64,000 nt of DNA from Trichoplax adhaerens (taxonomy: Eukaryota; Animalia; Placozoa). Each line of letters begins with the position of its first letter. The stretch's first letter is position 1. This document shows, piece by piece, positions 54,801-64,000 of this stretch. Under the pieces are notes generated by a model. It was not told the DNA's origin and ran no database searches. It saw only the letters and a program-made list of their open reading frames with translations. Where the stretch lies: NCBI RefSeq assembly GCF_000150275.1, contig NW_002060944.1, forward strand, positions 4,964,123-5,028,122, written 5' to 3'. Both the position numbers and the translations under genes were made by a program.

Positions 54801-57800
54801 AGCAAATAATCTTTAAGATGAACTAACGCTAATCAGAAAATAAAGGCAATAACAGGAAATAGACTAAGTTGTACTTGTTTAAATACACTTAATTGGAATC
54901 AGACTACTATACTCGTATGTGCAATAATATTGAGAATTTGTCTTAACTTACGTCTTTTTCGTTCTAAAAATAAAAAATCAAAGAAATACGAGTACAATTA
55001 GTCTCAGTGATTAGAGGAAAATATTTTTAGTACTTTTCCTCGAAATATTATAATTTCACTACATGAAAGCTTAGCAGCAGGTCAAAAATATTAGTAGTAG
55101 CAAGTCGGCATTAAAATTAGTTGTATACGCGGGACGGAGTAAGAAATAGTCTTGCTATTACGTCGACGGCATACGCGAATCGTAAAATTACATAAAGTAA
55201 TTTTATCGTCGTGTGTCCTATCATAAACTTTTAGAACTACATCGTTCTAGAGGGCCTTGGTCCTGATCATTTGCGTGGACAGTATTGTATACGTTATTAC
55301 TGTATTTTATACTGCGATTTACCAATAATTATATAAGTGCTGGTGATACTACTTCCCTTAATTAAGAAGGAGTTAGTATTATTAATACGCGGTTTTAAAC
55401 TACGGATAATATTGGAATCATTCTACTAGACGATGGTAGGAACTAAACAGGAATAATCAGAGTTTTTTCTACTATACAGTCTACAATAAAGGATAAGATT
55501 AGTCCCTGAAATTCGATGGCTATGGACGATCACTTACGTTGCATTTGCCCTAAAAAAGAAGCAAAAAAGATGATGTATTTTACTTTTACATCTTACCAAT
55601 AGCACTATCACATTTTCAAGACGCTCAATCTTCATTCGATAATCAGCAGTAGTTTTTACTATTCAATTTTGAAAGTTTACTTTGTTGTAAGCTAACATTT
55701 AGTTTTAACTATAGCCATGAATAACTTACGTATCTTCAATTCTATGCACCCATGTTACAGTACATTTTTGGAAGAAATGAAAAAAGTATTAGTAGTCCAG
55801 AATAATCACGGATAACTTCTAGTGAAGCAAATAGAATCATTGGACAGCTTACTCATCCAATTCGGAGCTAAATCAAAGAAAGAAAAGCAATTTTAATGAT
55901 CATGATAGTGTTCCGCCATTACCCTCTTTGAGAAGATTTCTGCTGATTAATATCATATACGCTATTAACGCTATTAAATTACTGACTTACTCTGCGTCAA
56001 TGTCGAGCCAATGACTACAAAAAGTGGCAAAGAAAGATAGACAAGTTATTCATTTTGAACATATAGACGAATGACCATAGATAAATTTTTGAAAGCTATT
56101 GCTATACAATATTGCTTATAAATTCTATAATGAATTCATTTCAGCTTGAGTTCTAGTAAATAACGTGTAGACTGCATTTCAAAGACAGTTTTTGAAGGCC
56201 TACTGTGTAATATAGCATGAGCACGTCAATTTCAAAGAGTAAAATGAAATATGCAAAATCAGTTATGAATATTTGCTTGTCGAGTGATTATCTTACATGA
56301 AGTATAATGTAGTCAAGGATATTGAGCAAGATAGCAATACGAATGACCATAGATAAATTTTTGAAAGCTATTGCGATACAATATTACTTATAAATTCTAC
56401 AATGAATTCATTTCAGCTTGAGTTCTAGTAAGTAACGTGTAGACTGCATTTCAAAGACAGTTTTTGAAGGCCTACTGTGTAATATAGCATGAGCACGTCA
56501 ATTTCAAAGAGTAAAATGAAATATGCAAAATATCAGTTATGAATATTTGCTTGTCGAGTGATTATCTTACATGAAGTATAATGTAGCCAAGGATATTGAG
56601 CAAGATAGCAATACGGTACGGAATTATTCATTAATTATTTAATTAGTGAATTTTTCGCCATATTGAATTGCCGCTAGAACTGACTGAGGTCAATTGGCTT
56701 TCAATTGGCTTGCTTATGTATGGTACTGTACAAAGTAAACTGTTCGTGAGTAGTGAGCACGTGTTAGCTAGACTTGACCCACGGAATAGACGTGTGGTAG
56801 CGAAGTGTCATGCACGAGTCACGACATCATTGGATTGACTTCTAAGACCGTAATTGTTTCAAAGCAAGTGGTGTCAACGTGTCAACTCTGTCACTCAAGG
56901 CATGACGCGACGAGAAAAAACGCGGGATCATACCGGAATTGACAATCCACAGGGAAGAATACTTAGTATAGAAACTATAGAAATTACAAAGTAGAAAAGC
57001 GAAATTCCATACAAACGTATTTGCGCCGTCTATCCGATATATACTGTAGAATCCCAATAACTTTTCTATGATGGCGCTTTATGCATTCAATGACGAACTG
57101 GAATTGTATCCATTTTAATGGATAGAAAAAATAAAAACATTCAATGCTATCCTTCTGCTAAAATTATCCTGTTGTCGCACCGTATTCGACAACGACTACA
57201 AAGTCTGTAGTCCATATCGTAAGAAAAGAAACTAGAATAAGTCCTGCCGTCCCAAGGTTACAGTAGAATAGGCTAAGACGCTTTTTTATGGTGCCGCTAA
57301 TATGATAACCGTTGTGCTCTAAAAGACTAAACTACTATTCATTTAAAGCAAGCAGTAAAAATAATGCTATACAATTCTTCGGATAAGTTATCATGATGCT
57401 TTAAATTACCTTCGGTTTCCCCTAAATGACACAGATAGAAGGAAAGAAACGGTCATTTGATTAATATACAATATAACGGCAAAGTGTGCACCCTATACGC
57501 GCACAAAATGGAGACAAATATTCTCATATATCAAGATAGATAACTTACGATCGTTTGCTTTCGTATCATTAAAATTGGATGGAAAATCATTGCATGGATT
57601 TATTCATTACTAAGTCGAAATTGTATGAAATATTATTAAATTTTATTAACTATTACAACGAGTTTCCAGTGAATAATGTCCAAAAAATTGACTTACTTTT
57701 TCATACGATTTCAAAGAGTTGAACCATCCGCCAAAGTCACATTGCGGAAAATAGCACAAAAGTAAGATTCACCATTCCATCAATATAATTATTATAATAA

Positions 57801-58092
57801 TGTCGGTTATACGTGCGTATTTGCTGAATATGATTGCTAATAACCTACCTCAAGATACCCCTAGATAAAAAGATAGTGACAAAGTCAAAATTATCATTTT
57901 ATTCCTGATTAAATTTTAAATTTAGAACAAGTCTATCGGTATTAAATTCTCGAACTCGGATTTAAAAAAATGTAATTGAATACTTTCATCGAAAAGATAA
58001 AATGACAAATATAATTACATTTCAACTGGTGCCATGAAATGGCAGACAAGAGCGATCGTTAAACTGATCGTTATCAATTTCATCGATGTCAT
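39898..58092 (-). CDS. Micro-exon gene encoding a secreted protein: signal-peptide exon 58092-58019, about 28 exons of 6-24 nt (mostly 12 nt), about 24-28 exons of 3 nt, then exons 40968-40883, 40246-40200 and 39948-39898
   Basis: First exon MTSMKLITISLTIALVCHFMAPVE is a signal peptide ending in phase 2. Dozens of AG-(12 nt or 3 nt)-GTAAGT units follow on the minus strand, and the concatenation stays open in phase 2. Confidence 0.8.
40494..50505 (-). other. Array of 3-nt micro-exons
   Basis: AG-NNN-GT with strong donors at (+ coords) 50503, 49967, 49686, 49418, 49262, 49024, 48522, 47982, 47531, 46966, 46453, 46276, 45840, 45449, 45147, 44611, 43959, 43747, 43444, 42867, 42155, 41931, 40730 and 40494. 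Weaker donors at 49804, 46633, 44266 and 41492. Confidence 0.82.
50709..57860 (-). other. Array of 12-nt micro-exons (plus 6, 15 and 24-nt exons)
   Basis: 12-nt exons start (+ coords) at 57849, 57410, 55730, 55538, 54952, 54056, 53384, 53260, 53146, 53019, 52914, 52779, 52658, 52536, 52363, 52259, 51724, 51610, 51488, 51091, 50985, 50854 and 50709 (12 or 18 nt). Others: 24 nt at 55991 and 52138, 15 nt at 55853, 6 nt at 53667. Confidence 0.88.
56069..56615. repeat. Near-identical tandem duplication of about 272 bp (intronic in the micro-exon gene)
   Basis: GAATGACCATAGATAAATTTTTGAAAGCTATTGC...GAGCAAGATAGCAATACG begins at 56069 and again at 56341. Confidence 0.95.
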
Positions 58093-61000
58093 CTTGATCG
58101 AAAGAACGTTAGAAAGTTTAATTTTTTGTGCTTCAGATATCAAATTCTTCACTCCTTCACCTAAGATGGCGCGACGAAATTTTTCAAACTCTGAAGAGAA
58201 AGGGATTAGGCTTAAATAGTATCTCAATTTATAATAAAAATACCTCGATCGGTCCTAAATAGATGCCACTAATGAATGCATTGTCCTTTTAGTGATATTA
58301 AAGATTCTCAATTCGACCACCCGCTAACTCATTCTAAATTGAATTAAATGTCAAGGGCTCCAAAGCATTCCAGCGAATACGACAGATACATCGAATATTC
58401 CTCTGATTATATTTCTATCACTAGATTAATTAAGGATAATTCGTTTTAGCAACAGATTTGCCCTTACAATTCGATGAGTCTCTCATTCATTTTTTTATTT
58501 TAATCTCCAATTTAATATGATACCGGTACTAATGCAAGCCGGTATGAAATAGATCTTAGACATGAAAACAGTTGCAATTTATCATTGATTTCCCTTATTA
58601 ATCTTAATCCTAACTATTTAATCCTAATACACGAGACTTTTTTTCATATTTAAGATCCATCTTGCATTACCGGTAATTTATCCCACTCCAGATGTTCATA
58701 AACCATGACAGACTATATTGCAGTTACGGATAAGTGCAACCCATTATTCTCTAATTTTAGCCTTTTTTAAAAATACCTAATTATACGACGTATGTACAGG
58801 GATTATTTTTTACAAATAAATAGCATAAAATAGACAAAACATATGATTAACAATTCTAATCATAGAATCTATTTATACTCAATCGTAAATAAAGTATTTA
58901 CCTACTTACGTTAGCAACGAACCGTTACGCAATAAGAGTTCCGCTTAATTTTTGCCTTAATAAAAATTATCATACTTTTTTAGCCGTATTGCAATTTTAT
59001 TAAAGGTTTCAGCTTATTTCGATAACGATAATATTCGTACATTTTAAAACCGCACGAATAGTAGATATAAAATTTCTGTACAATACTGGTACAGCTCTTC
59101 TTTAAATATATCACAGTATCTCATAAATATTTATACATGGATATAGGGTACCATAGGGAAAGTTAGAATTATCCTTAACCACAGTGGAGTAAATAGCTGT
59201 AGAAACATCATAATCAAAGTATTTAAAGCTTCTTCCACACTACTGAGTGATAACTTCTAATACCCTAACCCTGAAATTAGACTTAACACAGTGTTTCACA
59301 TATGTGTCTTTTGACCAATTACTGTACAGTGCTCGGTTAATGATGTGACTTTTATTGTAGAAAAAGTGCTATTTGAAAAGCAAATTATTTATGATATATA
59401 AAAAAATCGATTACGCATATCAACAGATTAGCCAAGATTTCTTGATTATGACGAAATTAATTTCATAATAATTTGTTACAGGTAATAAAAGGAACCAGAT
59501 TCAATTTTTTGTGATACCTTCTCAGAATCTTGTAGCCCATCCATTGTTGCCAAATTGATGATGTAAGGCTAAATAAATGCTACCATGTTAACCTAATTAA
59601 AATATTAATTATTACTGAATGATGAAATGGCCATGTTCATATGTTACTAATAATTCAATTTATATCTTATGATTATCATCTCTTCAAATCGGTCAGGTAC
59701 ATGTTCTATTTATGTAAGTATGAACGTCATGGAATAATTTCTTCAATTCAGCACGTGATAATCTGTCATACTATACATATTCCTACTCTAACAAAACAGG
59801 ATTCTAAATTTAACGCATAGCTTCAATTCAGCTAGCTCTGAATTAAGTCATACCACTAACAACTACGATATCTTACCCTCATGCACTAATCATATCTTTA
59901 ATTAACTACCTAAGACACTATCCCAGTTTATACTGACATTAATCTACAAATAGGTAGGAGTAGTGCTTTAATACATTGATCAAAATAGGATATCGGTAAT
60001 TTGACAATCCATTAATTGTACAATACTATAATAACAGTAATGAAAATCGACAGTAACCTCGTATACTAAGTATTAAAGCTTACGCCATCGTAAATGCTTC
60101 AAAATCACTTAAAATATTAGATCAAATTAGATAGAATGCTTATAAATTCACAGACGCTTTAGTTTCTTGTAGATACTCGTGTTGAAGCCAGATCTATCTT
60201 GCGTATTGAGTGTTCAACAGATAGGAAATGTTTTTCAAAAAAGTGCTATACATTTTCATAGAAATAGAATATCCCTAGACCTATTAGATAGAACTCTTAA
60301 AATTTAGCAAACGATTCCGTTTCTAATATTGATACCAAATTCATCTTACTTATCAAGCTTCCGGTTAGGCAAAATATATTTAGAATGCTTATTGCCTTGT
60401 AGCTATATACACTTGGCATAAGAAATACGAATAATAGACGTATATTGCGACAATGTCAAAAAGCAATAAATCTAAAAAGATTCTAACTTACAATTACTAC
60501 AATCTATACGTTATTTAGCAAATACCCATTAATTGTTGTATTCCTTTTTGTGGAGATCATTTATATTTTTCTTTCCAACCTACCGGCTACTCACAAACAA
60601 TCTATTATAAGCTATATGAAATGAAACTGAGGAAACAGGTTCAATATACTGTACTGCACAGCAAGCATAAAGTATCGTACTGCAGTAGCATTATAAACTA
60701 TGTAAATTTATTATACCTAAGAACTAGATAGTAATACAATTATTCATATCATGATATTCATTCGATCATAAATGAGTTTACTTGTAGGTAGAAGAATTAT
60801 TCTTACATGTTATATATCTTAAATTTTCCTATACAGGTATACGAGTATTTACTAACTTTGAAGACTCCTTCTGCTCTTAGGATCATATGAAGATGAGATA
60901 AACTGCGTAGGCAATCGAGCTGTTTACTTTTAAGTAGAATCCAGCAACCGTAGAAAAGAACATTTGGATTAATTACTCGTAATTTTATAATTTATCATAG

Positions 61001-62402
61001 GCAATAAACTATATCGTACTCTTCTCTTTAGACGCTAGGAAACTGGTTTAACTGATTAATTAGTGATTTATGAATTTACCGTGATGGTGTGTCCCAACGA
61101 AATGCCTATAAACTCATGGAAAACCACATAACCCACTAAAAAAATTTGAACATAACTTTTTAAATCATTTAACTTTATCTGTATGCATCAAAAATAAAGG
61201 ATAATTTAAGACTTCTGTTGAAAGAAGTTTACGCCATATAAAATTTTACAATCCAAATACGAAAATAATGGTATAATGGAATCATGCAGTGCAGTAATCT
61301 GTTTTACATTCATGTCATCATGATAACATCCGCATTTATAGTAGCTCAAAGAATCAAGATGTTCATTATAAGTAAATTTAGATTATTTTAATAAATAAAA
61401 CTAATCGCATACGACAAAAAGATAACTTCCACTGGGCATTACAATAATTATCAATAACATACGAATAAATAGTGCTACACATTCTATGGGATCTTTACCC
61501 TTTTCAGTGAAATGAATGTTTTATCGCTTGCATAACCTTTAGCTAGTCAATAAGCTAATCGCACCTTAGTACTATTGCTATCTTGAATTAATAATTATAG
61601 TAAAATTGTATTTTACTATACGGATAGATATTACTATTTTACACGTTGAGAAATCTATGAGAAGTAAGTAGCCTGCAATTTATTTTAATTTTCAGATATT
61701 GCTTTATAGTTTATATTGTTTTTCAGTATGAGACTACAAATAATATATAATATAGTCGTTAGCGATCATAGACTCCGTATCACGCTGATATTGCTGTATG
61801 TAAGGGTACATGTATATTGTATCAGTACATTAAAAATTATACAGTTTATCACGACAGGGATTCCCTTTCTGTATCCGTTGCCACAGCTGCATTGTAAACA
61901 ATTTATAATGCAGCGATGCCAAAGAATAGAAAAATAGAACCTTCACCGGGATAAACTGAATAATATACTGGTGTGGTATAGGGTTTTATTATTTTATTCT
62001 ACACAAATATATCAGCAGGGTATGGGATTTATAATGGCTAACGTCTACATTAGTCATAGATTTACATTAAGAAAAAGTAACAAAATCTTAAATGTTGAAA
62101 TACAAGTATAAGATCACGCTATCAATACTGGTGTCGGTAAATGCTCGTATGTATACTGTACAGCACTGTACAACAACATACAGTAGTAACATTATCATTT
62201 CATTACGACAACCTGTAATGCTCCATCTATAAGATTAATAAGAATAACTCTTGTTAGTTCAACGCTTTATGATTATATACATTGCTTCGATCGAATTAAG
62301 TTAAATAAGTTGGATTACTGTGGAAAGATTACTTATTACTCTGCAGTCAAAGATTAACACGTAACATAAAGTTTATGTGTAGGAAGATCGATACATTTAC
62401 AG

Positions 62403-64000
62403 AACAAGCTCCCAGTATGTTATCATGTCAACAATCTCTTCCTCATTTACCTGTACCACAGCTTCACGAAACATTGGCGAGATATTTACGTTCATTACAG
62501 ACACTGATAGATGATAATGAATACGAATCAAACAAACGAATCGTTCAAGAATTTGGCCGAGCTGGAGGTGTAGGAGAGAAATTAACAAGAATAATTCAAG
62601 AAAAAGCAAAAACACATGACAATTGGGTAAACATCGTACAATATATCGTGTGAAAAACACATGTAGTTATGGTTTAAAACTGTCAATAAAGCATAGCGTG
62701 AACTAAACATTGTTGTTGTTGTTTACATTACCCCCAAAACATAACACTCAGCTTTCCTTCTCTAGCAATTTAAGTAAAATGTTAAGCCTATAACCGAATA
62801 ATTAGAGTAATGTAATAACTGAGTAGTATGCTATATCTATTAAACCATTGATCAGCTACTTTCATGATACTCAATGCTGTATCCCTCAAATATTTATTTT
62901 TATTTTATTAAAGTTGTACGATTGGTGGGAGCATAGTGTTTATTTGAATCAACGGAGTTCTGTTTGTCTGAACAATAGTCCAGCATTTTTATTCCCGAAA
63001 CGCTCATTTCGAGATAGGGGCCAGCAAATTAAGTAAGTAAATGTATTAAAATAAATACAACCCATACGTAACTAGCCTTGACTAAATACATATATTCTTC
63101 ATTTTATTTATAGTGTAATTAATATTCATACAGTATCGAATCGGACTTTAAATATTGCATCAGTAGCTATAACTTCTTAATATGACACTAGTATGAGTCT
63201 TGTACTTCATTGGATTTTCGTGAATAACGAAGATCGATATACATAAAATTACTTGCTTTTATTCCAAATGATAGCCTTGATTTCTTCTTATACAGATTTG
63301 CCGCTAAGTTGATCATAAGTATCGTCGAATTTTATTACAAAATCAAAAGGTTAGTTCAATTTTTTGCTTAGAACTTGTGATCGAGCTTGGATAGGACTAA
63401 GTAATTATTGAGATTCCATAAAAAGAGATGCCGCCATATTTGAGAAGTATTGCAGCACTCTCGATTAAATCAACGACTAAAATAGTTATTAGTAAAAAGT
63501 AAATATTTGATAAGTTACATTAGACGAATCCTAGCAGCTGTCATGATAGAATCAGCATACGCTATATAGTATCACTCAACTGAAACTGAGTTTAATAACT
63601 ATGTTTGTACGATAATTATATTTAATTACTAGCGGGGATCTACCTGTGGATAAAATTAGTAATCAGCCAGCATGTATGATGCAGTACAATAAAATATTCT
63701 ATTCCTGTCGCATTCCGGGAAAAACTGTCGATAGTATTGCTCAATATTCTCCAGAATGCGGGCAGCCAGACTTTATCGCTATAGCACATAATAATCACGT
63801 AAGTACAAGCTACAAATAGTAATACTATGACTTATGCCAAAGGTTACTACAGATTATTACTCTTTATCATATAATGTATAGCAATATTTATAATTCTTTT
63901 GGATAGTTTTTTGCGATCGAGGTAGCGAAAAACGATCAAATCTACAGTCGAGAGACGATTGAACAACAGCTTAGTTATGTATTTCAAAAATCATCGAGGC
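62403..64000 (+). CDS. CRAT: Carnitine O-acetyltransferase-like (choline/carnitine acyltransferase family), 5' part; exons about 62403-62626, 62914-63032, 63296-63349, 63633-63798, 63907-end
   Basis: QQSLPHLPVPQLHETLARYL, GGVGEKL, NWLYDWWEHSVYL, QIKFAAKLI, LPVDK...PACMMQY...SCRIPG and HNNHFF resemble CRAT. The start is uncertain and the gene runs off the window. ChAT-like identity is not excluded. Confidence 0.8.

Overview
AT-rich, intron-dense eukaryotic (animal) DNA. Gene content, compact GT-AG introns and low GC suggest an early-branching metazoan such as a placozoan (inference only). Gene models were built by reading splice sites by eye. Left half: a 5' exon of a secreted protein (possibly EDEM3-like, - strand), a GC-rich hairpin-forming satellite, TFIIB (+), C12orf57/C10 (-), SPOUT1 (-), eIF3g (+, apparently lacking its zinc knuckle), POFUT1 (-) head-to-head with PTPA (+), an intronless IER2/IER5-family gene (-) with an immediate-early-type promoter, and an unknown coiled-coil gene (-). 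A carnitine acetyltransferase (+) starts at the right edge. The main discovery lies in the apparently empty 39.9-58.1 kb region. It holds a minus-strand micro-exon gene: a signal-peptide exon, about 23 exons of exactly 12 nt (plus a few of 6-24 nt), about 24-28 exons of exactly 3 nt, and three larger 3' exons. Joined in phase 2 these give one open frame encoding a secreted protein with an acidic, N-glycosylatable region followed by a cationic Cys-containing segment.
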